A stretch of 63,943 bases of DNA, filler included, from Octopus bimaculoides (taxonomy: Eukaryota), in the NCBI RefSeq assembly GCF_001194135.2. It is 7 parts of 6 records of this genome, joined end to end, with 100 filler letters (N's around TTAATTAATTAA, not from the genome) between each part and the next. Parts side by side here need not be neighbours in the genome. Positions count along the whole stretch, not along the records: positions 34,614 to 42,134 come from NC_069005.1; positions 42,235 to 45,114 come from NC_068997.1; positions 45,215 to 56,662 come from NC_069003.1; 4 more parts are not named here. One strand, written 5' to 3'. How positions within the stretch are numbered: position 1 is the stretch's first letter; every line of letters begins with the position of its first letter. The position numbers and the translations under genes were made by a program. Below are positions 37,751 through 49,352 of this stretch, one piece after another. The notes beneath the pieces are model-generated. The model did no database searches and was not told where the DNA came from. It was given only the letters and a program-made list of their open reading frames with translations.

Positions 37751-39154
37751 AACAACAGCAACAACAATAATAATAACAATAATTTTAGGTTTATGTATTT
37801 GTATTGCAAGGTTCCTGATAATCCTTTCTATTAAAGGCACAAGGCCTGAACCCTTCCTTCACTCAATCTATCTCTCTAAATCTCTCTTTTTTCCCCTCCT
37901 CCCCTTCTCCCTCCTCTATGTCTCCTTGCCTCTAACTGTCCTGCGTTTAAGGCGTTATATTTCTCTCACCTCTCAGAACTATCAATCTCCACCTCTCTCT
38001 CACACACACCCTCTTACTTCCTCTTCTTTTCTGCTTTGCCTCTCACTTCAACTATACTTCCTCTGCTTCTGTCTCTCCCATCTCTCCTACTTTGCCACTT
38101 ACTCCGCAAAATTTCATGATGGTTCTTTGTTCCTGTCCATGACAAAATCACAGAGTACAGCATACACATAACAAAAACAAATTTCACAACTTGTGAAGAA
38201 ATCACAGTGATGTCACTCAGTACACTGCCTCATGAAGGTCACTGCTAGCTCTCACTGTGCACACAATGGTGTGCTGCCATCTGTTGGTGAGCTAGTTCCC
38301 AGACAGAACTGGGTACTACCTCATATATATACATACATATATATATATATATATATGCTATGTCTGTACATGTATGTGTATGTGTGCATCACTATCTCCT
38401 TGCCTCAACATCATATGATAGTTGTAAACGAGTGTCACCACTATGCAACTAGTGTCCTTCTTTTCCAATCTTCTGCATAAACATGTCTGGTTGCTGGGAA
38501 ATATTATTTTGCTTGGAAACAGGTGAGGGTTGGCAACAGGAAGAGCATCCAGCCATAGAAAGCCTACCTCAACAAATCCCGTCTGACCCATATGTGAGTA
38601 AAGAAAAAGTGAATATTAAAACAATAATGATGATGATGTGCTGTATCTAGGTATTGATTTTTCGTTTGCATTTTGCTATTGGTGAAGATCCCACAGTTAT
38701 TCTTCTAATTTTTTTTGTGGAATTTTGTGCAAAATTGTATTGCTGACAACAAACGATTTTCTATGACCAACCACTGAGAAAGTGTTTTAATAGTGTATCT
38801 GATGAAACAGTTTGAGTCATGAAGTTTACATTTATTTCTGCCTCTTCCATTGTATCTTACACTGGTTGTCTGATGTACGGTCTGTGGTTGACTAGTTTGT
38901 GGTTACATGTAGATCAGGGAGTTTTTCATTCTGGAGTTACTGCAATATTTTCTGAGTTAGATGTGATACAGATTTTGTTCTGTTTGTTTGTGTAACATAC
39001 CTTACCACAAATACATAGAATATGTTATAAAAATACCAGAAAGATAAATCTCATTGACATAAAGTCACGAAACAGTTAACCACAGCCATGCTTTGGTAAA
39101 AAAGAATACTTAAGGAGTAGTTGATATGATGCTAAAAGAAAAAAAGAACATTAC

Positions 39155-39238
39155 ACCGGCAAAAGCCTTGGCTCCTTCATCTCCGATTTGGTTGTTGGCT
39201 AATCCAAGGTTCAATAAACTTCGATTCTTCCGCAGCAC
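39155..39238 (-). CDS. LRRC71: LRRC71-like 84-nt single-LRR exon: VLRKNRSLLNLGLANNQIGDEGAKAFAG
   Basis: TTTCAG|GTG...GGT|GTAATG, phase 0/0, encoding one 28-aa RI-like LRR. It matches recalled human [28 protein letters not shown]. Confidence 0.88.
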
Positions 39239-40015
39239 CTGAAAGTATAATATATACATATATATATATATGTGTGTGTGTGTGTGTATGTATATATGTA
39301 TATATAATGTATACACATCTATAAAGATAAATGCCAAAATGAATTTTTGTGTGTCAGTGTGTCACACTTTGACTCCCCTTCTCACTATTCAATGACACTC
39401 CTACTATTCCTCATGCTGGGGTGAGAGTAATAGTAGGCATAGAGATAGTGAGTGTGGTAGTAGATTGATGGTTGTGATGGTAATGGGGTGATAGTAATAG
39501 TATGAGTTGTAGTTGTGATAGAGGCGGAGGTGATGGTGATGGTGGTGGTGGTGGTGGTGGTGGTAGCCAAGGCGGTCAGGGATGATGGTGACAGTAAGCG
39601 ATGTGAAAGAGAGTGGTGATGGTGGTGGAGAGGAAGGCGGCAAAGTCAAAGATATTGATAGTGGTGGCATCAGAAGTCTGAATGGTGTATGTATGGCAGT
39701 TGTGGTGGCGATGGTGGTGGTACTGGTGGCGGTGATGGTTGGAAATAATCAACAGAAAGAGAAAGAGGTTAGATAGAATAGAATTGTACTGACCCCTGAA
39801 TGGGAAGACAAAAAAACGTTTGTCATGCAGCCTTGCAATAAGTTCCAAGTCGATAAATCATATCATTGTTTTGATGAAAATTGTTCATTGCTTAAATTTA
39901 ATAAAATTTAATATGTACTCAATGCACGAAGCGTCATTGTTGGGCCCAAGGCCTAATGAAGAGCCCTCCAAAGGAGCTAGCTTAAAAACCACCTGATAGG
40001 GCAGCTTTTAAGCTA

Positions 40016-40047
<32 letters not shown>

Positions 40048-40654
40048 ATAATAATTAAAGCAACAGTAGTATTAATACCAGAAGGTAATATTTATCACCA
40101 CTTAGAGGTAGATATTGTGTTAGAACACAGAATACTGTGATAGCTACCCTGGGGGTAGCTGTCACTAGGGTGAGAGAATGAAAAAATAAGAGTATGATGG
40201 GAAAAACAGTAATTGAGGTGAAAAGGCAATATAAGAATGAGTAATGAGAGACAATGCTGAGGACAGCAATAGAAAATGGTAATGACAGGAGTAGAGGTAG
40301 AGGGGCAATGATGACAGATAAATGTTAGCTGATAGGGAGAGTGAGTGATGGCTGGCAGGACTGAAAGGGGTTGATGTTGGGAGGTATTGCATGTGAACAG
40401 AGTTGATGCAACCCCTGATTACAAAAGCATCATGATAGGAGAGAGGGGAGGGAAAATAGAAGAGTGATAAGGATGGTAGTAAGCGAATTAAATAAGGAGA
40501 GACCTAATGTTATATTGAATAGGAGTGGGGGAGTGGGAAGAGAGTGAATGAGAGATGAGAGGATGTCAAAGAGGCAGGGGCAGAAGTGTAAATGAATCAG
40601 TTAAAAGAAATCCTTCAGAAAACAAAGGAAACCTGCTAAAAGGGGTGTACTTAC

Positions 40655-40808
40655 ATGTGCAAGGTATTTAGCTCCACGATCTGTTATAAAGTTTCCTGTA
40701 AGATTGAGTGAGATGAGTTTACATGGTTCGGAATCACTGATGGCCTGGGTGATATTGTAGAGAGATTGGTCTGTTATTTTGCAGTGTCTCAGAGATAGGA
40801 ACTGAATG
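40655..40808 (-). CDS. LRRC71: LRRC71-like exon: (x)IQFLSLRHCKITDQSLYNITQAISDSEPCKLISLNLTGNFITDRGAKYLAH
   Basis: TTTTTTCCCCAG|C ATT...CAT|GTAAGT, 154 nt, phase 2/0. It encodes two LRRs matching recalled human [24 protein letters not shown]...[22 protein letters not shown] and splices in frame to 39238. Confidence 0.88.
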
Positions 40809-40842
40809 CTGGGGAAAAAATGTGGAAGAATCTCTGTAGAAT

Positions 40843-40883
<41 letters not shown>

Positions 40884-41929
40884 NNNNNNNNNNNNNNNNN
40901 NNNNNNNNNNNNNNNNNNNNNNNNNNNNNNNNNNNNNNNNNNNNNNNNNNNNNNNNNNNNNNNNNNNNNNNNNNNNNNNNNNNNNNNNNNNNNNNNNNNN
41001 NNNNNNNNNNNNNNNNNNNNNNNNNNNNNNNNNNNNNNNNNNNNNNNNNNNNNNNNNNNNNNNNNNNNNNNNNNNNNNNNNNNNNNNNNNNNNNNNNNNN
41101 NNNNNNNNNNNNNNNNNNNNNNNNNNNNNNNNNNNNNNNNNNNNNNNNNNNNNNNNNNNNNNNNNNNNNNNNNNNNNNNNNNNNNNNNNNNNNNNNNNNN
41201 NNNNNNNNNNNNNNNNNNNNNNNNNNNNNNNNNNNNNNNNNNNNNNNNNNNNNNNNNNNNNNNNNNNNNNNNNNNNNNNNNNNNNNNNNNNNNNNNNNNN
41301 NNNNNNNNNNNNNNNNNNNNNNNNNNNNNNNNNNNNNNNNNNNNNNNNNNNNNNNNNNNNNNNNNNNNNNNNNNNNNNNNNNNNNNNNNNNNNNNNNNNN
41401 NNNNNNNNNNNNNNNNNNNNNNNNNNNNNNNNNNNNNNNNNNNNNNNNNNNNNNNNNNNNNNNNNNNNNNNNNNNNNNNNNNNNNNNNNNNNACACACAC
41501 ACACATATATATAATATATATATATACGTATACATATATATGTATGTTTAAGGACACCATATCATCAGGCGCAGGTAACAACAAGATAAACAAAAGTTTA
41601 TCAGGAACCGATGCAAATAATTAGAAAATGGAGAAAAACATAGATTAACCAGTGCATCAATAGGACCACATTTTAAAGCATATTTATTGATACAATGCAA
41701 GACATAACAAATCTAACAGCTGTTTCTGATCAAAATACCAGAATGCAGTCTATACATAAATGCGAGAATAAAATTCTTCATCTTCACAGGGCATTCAGAG
41801 TGAAAGACAAATTTGGGATCTATGGAGAATCGAAGTTGGGAACACAAACAGGACAGTGGAGACATACAAGGAAACTGAATGAAAACAAACATGGAGGGCA
41901 AAATAGCGTATATAAAATAGTGTGTGTGC

Positions 41930-42134
41930 ATCATCATCATCATCATCATCGTTTAACGTCCGCTTTCCATGCTAGCATGGGTTGGACGATTTGATTGAGG
42001 ACTGGTGAAACCGGATGGCAACACCAGGCTCCAGTCTGATTTGGCAGAGTTTCTACAGCTGGATGCCCTTCCTAACGCCAACCACTCAGAGAGTGTAGTG
42101 GGTGCTTTTACGTGTCACCCGCACGAAAATGGCC
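41930..42134 (-). mobile_element. RTE-type LINE/SINE 3' tail ending in (GAT)n
   Basis: Minus strand ...GTTAGGAAGGGCATCCAGCTGTAGAAACTCTGCC...CCCATGCTAGCATGGAAAGCGGACGTTAAACGATGATGATG; truncated by the spacer. Confidence 0.75.
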
Positions 42135-42234
42135 NNNNNNNNNNNNNNNNNNNNNNNNNNNNNNNNNNNNNNNNNNNNTTAATTAATTAANNNNNNNNNN
42201 NNNNNNNNNNNNNNNNNNNNNNNNNNNNNNNNNN
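42135..42234. other. Artificial 100-bp scaffold spacer
   Basis: 44N-TTAATTAATTAA(42179-42190)-44N. Confidence 0.95.
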
Positions 42235-42476
42235 CACCATTTCGAGCGTGGCCGTTGCCAGTATCGCCTGACTGGCCTTCGTGCAGGTGACACGTAAAAG
42301 CACCTACTACACTCTCTGAGTGGTTGGCGTTAGGAAGGGCATCCAGCTGTAGAAACTCTGCCAAATTTAGATTGGAGCCTGGTGTTGCCATCCGGTTTCA
42401 CCAGTCCTCAGTCAAGTCGTCCAACCCATGCTAGCATGGAAAGTGGACGTTAAACGATGATGATGATGATGATGAT
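42235..42476 (+). mobile_element. RTE-type 3' tail ending in (GAT)n, inverted partner of 41930-42134
   Basis: ...GTTAGGAAGGGCATCCAGCTGTAGAAACTCTGCC...CCCATGCTAGCATGGAAAGTGGACGTTAAACGATGATGATG. Confidence 0.75.
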
Positions 42477-42851
42477 ATATATAAAGGAAAGATAGTGTTT
42501 GGGTGTGAATACAGTATTTTTTTATGCTTTAATCATCATCATTTAATGTCTGTTGTCCATGGGTTGGAAAGTTTGACTGGATTCGGTAAGTCGGTGTGCT
42601 GAACCAGGCTTTAGTCTGATTTGGCATGTTTTCTATGGCTAGATGCCCTTCTTAACACTAACCACTATGTGCTGGGTGCCTTTACGTGGCACCACATAGG
42701 TGCTTTTACATAGCTTTCTGACTGGATATTTTATGAAAGACTTCAATGTACAGTATTGAATATAATTTGAGTAAAATGTTTAATTTATTTAATCTATTCT
42801 TTGAAAATCTCTATACCTTCAAACTTAAGCCTACTTGTTTTTGTTTTTTAG

Positions 42852-43033
42852 GATTTCTTTTCATTTGTGGTATCATATTTTGGGTGACCACTTCTTTGAT
42901 ACTTGTGTTTAAAACAGAGAAACCTGAGACTGATTCAATGAATCTTGGCATCGTTGCTACTTACAAAGTGCTGATAAAAGTAATTCAGTTGCCAGCTGTC
43001 TTTTCACTTAGTTTAATATTCCTTACTTCAAAG
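42852..43033 (+). CDS. SLC33A1: Acetyl-CoA transporter 1 (MFS) internal exon: (G)FLFICGIIFWVTTSLILVFKTEKPETDSMNLGIVATYKVLIKVIQLPAVFSLSLIFLTSK
   Basis: TTGTTTTTTAG|GA TTT...AAG|GTAAAT, 182 nt, phase 1/0. It aligns with recalled human AT-1 DFLFFWGTVFLITTTLVALLKKENE...QGITDTYKLLFAIIKMPAVLTFCLLILTAK, which I recall as a single phase 1/0 exon. No other exons were found in this piece. Confidence 0.8.
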
Positions 43034-43865
43034 GTAAATAATACTTTTCTTCATTTTTCTATTTACCATTGATTTTCTATGCTGGCACATATCTTTTTCT
43101 GACTTGTAAGAGACCTTCAGTGGCACTCGACATCCATGTATCTGACTTCCACGTCTTACAATCAGTTCTGGGTACTTTTTCATCCTACAGGTAGAGACCA
43201 TTTGTAAATACATGTCCTTATCAGCTTTGATCCCTTTCCTTTATATAACAGATGTTTTTAATTCCCAGCTGCTTTCTTACCTCAATTTTTTGCTGTTTGT
43301 CATTCAAACAGATTTTTACTCATTCCATTCCATTCTTTTTGCTCATTCCATTCTCAACTCATTGTTCACATCCAATGCTTTTCATATTTCTAATATATGC
43401 TTCTGTTCCTTGGTCTTTGGGAAAATGTTTATGGCTGATAGATGTAGAAACTTCTTTAACCTCTGTTTTGTTTTTACTATAAGCTCTGTACTTACATTAG
43501 AACCTCTTCCTGCATTTATCATTGTCACCTAAGTAACATAAACTGTCTACTAATTCTTGGAGACCATCTGAAAAATCCCTAGTGATTGAAAAATTGAATA
43601 GCTATGTTCAATTGACACCTTCTGTCTACCAAAGATTTCATAGGAGTAACTGTATATCTTTTGTTTATACTAAGTGCATAGTATTCACTTGCAATTAAGT
43701 ATTTTCTTACTTATGCAACCCAACCCTTAGCACTTGGTTTGTGCCTTCAGTTATTAATTAGTACTTTGTTTTGCCTTATTTTTAGATTGTTTGACATTTG
43801 ACTGTTTTTCTAGGCTTGGAACATTCCCTGCAGATCTTCACTAGAATTTATATTAGACCCAGTCA

Positions 43866-45114
43866 TTGTGTTTGGGAGAGAAATGTGTTCGCATGGATGA
43901 TGGTACGCTTGCACTAAATGAGGCTGCAAAGAAAGTGGTTTGGAGACGCCACTATGACAGATTGCTCAATGAAGAGAATGAATGGGAGAAAGAGAGTCTG
44001 CCGAATGTTGATCCAACAGAGGGACCAGCTAACCGAGTTGACAGTACCATGGTAGATAAAGCAATTAAGAGTATGAAGACAGGGAAGGCCCCTGGCCCAT
44101 CAAGAATCACTGCAGAGATGCTCAAAATATCTAGCAGAGTTGGCTATAGCCTAGTCACCTGTATCGTTAAACAGGTGATACACGAAGGAGTCATGCCCAA
44201 TGACTGGTGTAGCAGCACCATAGTCAACTGCTACAAAGGTAAAGATGACGCTTTAGATACAAATAATTATAGAGGTATCAAGCTTTTAGATCAGGTAATG
44301 AAAGTCACGGAGAGGGTCATAGCTCAACTAATTAGGGAGCGAGTCAGTTTAGATGAGATGCAGTTTGGGTTCGTGCCTGGGAAAGGCACCACTGATACTA
44401 TATTTCTGGTAAGACAGTTTCAGGAGAAATACCTAGCCAAGGATAAACTTCTGTACCTGGCTTTCATTGATATGGAGAAAGCCTTCGACGGTCCCCCGAT
44501 CTTTCATCTGGTGGTCAATGAGGAAACTAGGGATAGAAGAATGGTTAGTGAGAGCTGTGCGAGCCATGTACAGAGACGCTGTCAGTAAGGTGAGGGTTGG
44601 CAATGAGTACAGTGAAAAATTCTGGGTGGAGGTAGGGGTCCACCAAGGCTCTGTCCTCAGCCCCTCCTATTTATCATAGTCCTCCAGGCTATAACAGAGG
44701 AATTCAAGACAGGATGCCCCTGGGAGCTCCTCTATTCTGATGACCTTGCACTAATTGCTGAGTCACTATCAGAACTAGTTTCAGGAGTGGAAGCAAGGAC
44801 AAGAATCGAAGGGCCTTAGAGTCAACCTAGCTAAAACCAAAGTCCTAATAAGTAGGAAGACAGACAAAACACAAACCCCTTCGGGTAGATGGCCCTGCTC
44901 GATCTGTAGAAAAGGAGTGGGTAGTAACTCTATAAGATGCACCCAGTGCAAGCTATGGACACAGAGGTGAAGCAATATCAAAGGAAGGTTAACTAGGAAG
45001 TTAGTTTTCGTTTGTAGCAGATGTTCAGGAGCTATAAACACTGTGAATGTGCAGAAAACAACTTCTGCCACATTCCAGGGAGAAAAACTAGAAGTGGTTG
45101 ATAGCTTCCGCTAT
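43866..45114 (+). mobile_element. RTE-clade LINE reverse transcriptase fragment (frameshifted)
   Basis: MKTGKAPGPSRITAEMLK; WCSSTIVNCYKGKDDALDTNNYRGIKLL; QFGFVPGKGTTDTIF; AFIDMEKAFD; VGVHQGSVLSP; ELLYSDDL. It is cut by the spacer at 45115. Confidence 0.92.
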
Positions 45115-45214
45115 NNNNNNNNNNNNNNNNNNNNNNNNNNNNNNNNNNNNNNNNNNNNTTAATTAATTAANNNNNNNNNNNNNNNNNNNNNNNNNNNNNN
45201 NNNNNNNNNNNNNN
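45115..45214. other. Artificial 100-bp scaffold spacer
   Basis: 44N-TTAATTAATTAA(45159-45170)-44N. Confidence 0.95.
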
Positions 45215-45928
45215 ATATATACATATATATATACATTCTGTGTATATACGTATTGGTTTCTGTATGTTCTTAATTGCATCTAGACTACTCAGGCATGCAG
45301 GCGTGTTTGTGTGGCTGCGTGCGTGTGTGGGCGTGTGTGGGCGTGTGTGGGCGTGTGTCTGTGTTGCGCGTGACGTCTACAGTTGTGAGAATGGTGTGTA
45401 TATGATATATATATGTAAGTATGTATGTGTGTGTATATATATGTATGTATATGTGTGTGTGTGTGTATATATATATANNNNNNNNNNNNNNNNNNNNNNN
45501 NNNNNNNNNNNNNNNNNNNNNNNNNNNNNNNNNNNNNNNNNNNNNNNNNNNNNNNNNNNNNNNNNNNNNNNNNNNNNATGTATGTATGTATGTATGTACG
45601 TCTGCGTATTTGTATATATAGACGGGCCATAAGTTACGCATCAAACCAGTTGATATTTTATTTATATTACATCATCATTATGTATTCATTTTGTATGTGT
45701 ATTCACCGTTATTTTATTTTGTGCGTGAATTTAGGCCCACCCTGTATACACACACGTGCATGCGCGCGCACATACACACACGCACACACACACACGTACA
45801 CACACACATACACACACACAGACATATAAATGCCCGACGAACGGGAACGTGAAACTCTGAGTAACAGTTTTTGTGATGTCTTTGCAGCTTTATAAATAAA
45901 GTGTATGTGTGTGTGTATATATATATGT

Positions 45929-45961
<33 letters not shown>

Positions 45962-46047
45962 AGGATAAGATCGTTATTTAGAATACCGATCCTATCAGGT
46001 GGTCAGCATGGGAATAAAAACCTCAAAAGGTAATAATTATTATTAAA

Positions 46048-46190
46048 ATTATAATTAAGGGTATCTAAGAGATACCACCATGTTTGAAATAGCAACCAAA
46101 ACTTGACTCTAAAACCACATTAAATATTCCTACAGCACCTGGTTGCTATTTCAAGCATGGTGGTATCTCCTAGATACCCTTAATTATAAT
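46048..46190. repeat. 143-bp hairpin with 51-bp arms (2 mismatches)
   Basis: 46048-46098 ATTATAATTAAGGGTATCTAAGAGATACCACCATGTTTGAAATAGCAACCA versus the reverse complement of 46140-46190, ATTATAATTAAGGGTATCTAGGAGATACCACCATGCTTGAAATAGCAACCA. Confidence 0.92.
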
Positions 46191-46199
46191 TATATATAT

Positions 46200-46960
46200 A
46201 TACAGGGTAGAGCAGAGAGGACGGACATTTTGAAAAATTCATAAAATCATTAATTTTAGCTGTAAACAAATTTTATTAACATCAATGCGTTCGTATTGAA
46301 TTAACATTTGTCAAAATCAAATGTGGAAAACAACATCTATCCGTTTTCATGGATACATTTCTGAAGATGTTCTTGGAAGTTGGTCTCCATTCTCTCCACC
46401 ATTGCTCTGTCGATTTGGGCGACTTCCACGCGAATAGCTTCTTTCAAATCGTCCAATGAGAGCTACATTATCACCATAAAGGAGCTCACGAACAAGGGTC
46501 TGGAATGTCTTCGACTTTGCATTAAAGCGTTTAACATTAAAGACCTTACCTGTAGTTCATTCGTTGTTTCTCCGACTTTTTTTTTACTTCCTGGTCGTTG
46601 GGGGTATTCATTGACATCGTAATCAGATTTCGCCATTTCTCTTGGTCTTCTATGTTTGAGACCGCAAAATTGAAGCCTGTCCACTCTTTTAATCCGGGCT
46701 ACGATCGTTCCGGTATGGATTCTTATCTGGTTGTCGTCATGAATGTATCCTGGACATTTGTCTGTTTCATGAGCAAATTATCAATGTTGCGCCCATTCTT
46801 CATCAAGCTGTTAGCCATAGCTGTATTCTACTTGAGACACGCCTTCGCCCCGAACGCTAAACTGTTGACCTGAGGAAGTCACTCATCTTGTAGCCGTGCA
46901 CTTCATACTGCCCACTTATTTTAGCCCACCAGCACTGGTTAACACCTTCATGGCTTGTGC
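46200..46960 (-). mobile_element. Internally deleted Tc1/mariner-superfamily remnant (maT/rosa-like)
   Basis: Terminus TA|CAGGGT at about 46201. The minus strand gives SLDDLKEAIRVEVAQIDRAMVERMETNFQEHLQKCIHENG (transposase C-terminus) and an HTH-like segment, PGSKKKVGETTNELQVRSLMLNALMQSRRHSR. Confidence 0.55.
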
Positions 46961-47269
46961 GGTTCTTGCAAAGAGTTCAAGTTCTCGTCCTTTATTGTTA
47001 GTAACTGTTTCCAGTTAATTGATTTGCTGCTTTGTTTCTTGTTCGACCTTGTACAGATGCCTGTTAGCGTCGTCAATGGAAATCCGTGTCCGGAAAAAAG
47101 AACAAACCCGATGTCGGTTTACATAAAATGATTAATTCAATCATCTTAACTTCTTGCCAGTTATCTCTGTCGTTAGCAAATCTTATATTCTTCCCCCATT
47201 TTCCAATGCTGATAGTGTCCACTGATGATAGTCGTATTCTATTATATAAATGTTTGAAGCGAATATAAA

Positions 47270-47790
47270 CGCCGATATCACAGTCTTGGAAAGCGTGCAA
47301 GACAGTTACAGCAAAATGCATGGGAAAAAGTGTTGGAGCAGCAATATCACCTTGTTTAATTCCGTTATCGATGGAAATTGGTTCTGATAATGACCCATTG
47401 AAGTTAAGATGAGCTTTCATATCATTATGAAGTTGCTTAAACAGGTTGACAAATTAAGGTGGACATCCAAGTTTATCAAGAATGGTCCAGAGGACAGTCC
47501 TATTAATAGTGTCGAAGGCTTTTGTTAAATCGACAAATACCTGGTAAAGAGCCATGCGATGTTCGATGCATTTCTCCTGGAGTTGATGAGCAGAAAACAA
47601 TCATGTCCATTGTGCCACGACTTGATCTAAAACCATACTGACTCTCAGGGATGACAGAGGGGGGCATATCCACATTGTTAGCTGATTAAGGAAAAGTTTT
47701 ATAAAAACCTGACCGACTATTTCAAGCAGGTTTATACCTCTGTAATTGCCACCCTCAGATTTGGACTTGAAGAGATATCTGTACATTTAA
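47270..47790 (-). mobile_element. RTE (BovB-like) RT fragment
   Basis: GGNYRGINLLEIVGQVF; QLQEKCIEHRMALYQVFVDLTKAFDTINRTVLWTILDKLGCP; NGSLSEPISIDNGIKQGDIAAPTLF. Confidence 0.85.
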
Positions 47791-47949
47791 ATATCAATGC
47801 CACATGCTTGCATGACACGTATAGCACGCACTCCTCCCCCCAAATTTGATATCCAGTGACAAACCAAGGCAAGATGACTGGGTGATTATGGAGATCACAT
47901 GTTTTATTATCCCGGAGTTTAACCTCTCCAATGGTTTTTTATATCAGAG

Positions 47950-49352
47950 TGTCCTTCTCCCAGTCTTTACCCAACCAAATACTAACTGCAAGACAGATTG
48001 TCTTCCCCACGGCTTTATTAAACCCAGGAGCTCCATGGTCGCACATGCGGTGGGTGCGAGTACCAAGACCACACTCAAAGGCTGTATATTTAAGTTTAAT
48101 AACAAGATATACGTCCAAGAGGAGGGTGCAGCCATCGGTGTCAGTATCGCTGACGATGTGACTAGCCTATTTATGGTATGGTGGGATAGGAGACTTAAAG
48201 AGAACTCCATAACCTTAACAATGTACTCCCGCTACGTGGATGATATCAACATAGTAGCCAGGGCACCCCTACAAGACAATGTTGATGATCTAGAAGCTAA
48301 CACTATGGAGAACAACCAACAAATAACTTACTCCATCCACCAGAGTATAGAAAAAACGATAGACTACCCTAGTAAGCACCCTAACTATAAATTACCCGTT
48401 TTAGACACAGAACTCTGGTTAGAAACGAAGAACGGTAAGGTCCAGATCCTTCACTCTCATTATGCCAGACCCATGGCCTCTAAGTACTTTATTCACAAGA
48501 ACGCAGCGATTGCGGACAACGCCAAGTTCAACATTCTTATAGCTGACTTGGTGAGAGTGATGAGGAATGGGTCTCGCGTGTGTGACCCTATGGAATTGGA
48601 AAGACACACACAACACTTCATCCACAATCAAAGGGACAGGATTAGAGTGTATAAAGGAGCCAGGACTAAGTACAAAGCCATCATAGAGTGATGTTGAGGG
48701 GATCTACCCGCTGTACAGGAGTAAATCCTGAAACAGCACAGAAAGGACCAGTAATAACATAAGTAAGGCCAACACTTGGTATGACAACAAAAAATACAAG
48801 AGTGTCATGTTCGTCTATTCTACCCCTGGTGGGGAACTAGCATACCTTTTTAGAAAAACATTAAGTAAGGCTAATCTATGAATTAAAGTAGTAGAGAGAC
48901 CCGGTGCTCCATTAAAACCCCTGATCTGCAATACCTATCCTTTTGATAAGTCCCCTTATACAGAGTACGATTGTGTTGTATGCAGGATGAACTCACGGGT
49001 TAACTGTAAGGTTAGAAATGTAGTGTATCGCTTACAATGTACTGAGGGACGGTACAGAAACATGACAACTACCTACATTGCAGAGACTGCACGCAGCATA
49101 TGAAAGCGTATAGGTGAACATTGGCAAGAGCTCAAAGAAGAGAAAAGCTCGTTAGTGCTCTACCGACATGCTCAGGCAGAACATGGAGGCTCGATTAATA
49201 GCATAGAGGTTAGAGTATTATTGACACATAGAAATGACACGAGACTTAGACAGATCACAGAGGCTACACGCATAGCAGTAGACAGACCGAGCCCCAATAG
49301 AAAACACGAATGGAACAGTGACACCCACCACCACACCACATCACATGAATAA
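47950..49352 (+). mobile_element. Penelope-like element 3' half (RT core, thumb, GIY-YIG EN), Naiad-like
   Basis: FKFNNKIYVQEEGAAIGVS; YSRYVDDINI; KLPVLDTELW; after a frameshift PLYRSKS*; KSVMFVYSTPGGEL; DCVVCRMNSRVNCKVRNVVYRLQC; YIAETARSI*KRIGEH; RQITEATRI...NRKHEWN. The clade call is from recalled motifs. Confidence 0.85.

Noticed and set aside
41735-41820. Candidate upstream LRRC71 exon (DPKFVFHSECPVKMKNFILAF)
   Set aside because: Only faint resemblance to the expected LxLxGNP motif, and the better-looking reading needs a frameshift. The real exon is more likely in the 40884-41492 gap or outside this piece.
43028-43532. Minus-strand ORF 43028-43213 as an LRRC71 exon, and plus ORFs as further SLC33A1 exons
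   Set aside because: No match to the expected peptides (e.g. IGFSAADAVTGLKL); the region looks like a decayed antisense LINE (LYKGKGS motif).
48689-49103. Selenocysteine recoding of the TGA codons in this PLE copy
   Set aside because: The TGAs fall at probable Trp/Arg positions, the Cys motifs use TGT/TGC, the copy is also frameshifted, and I see no SECIS-like hairpin downstream.
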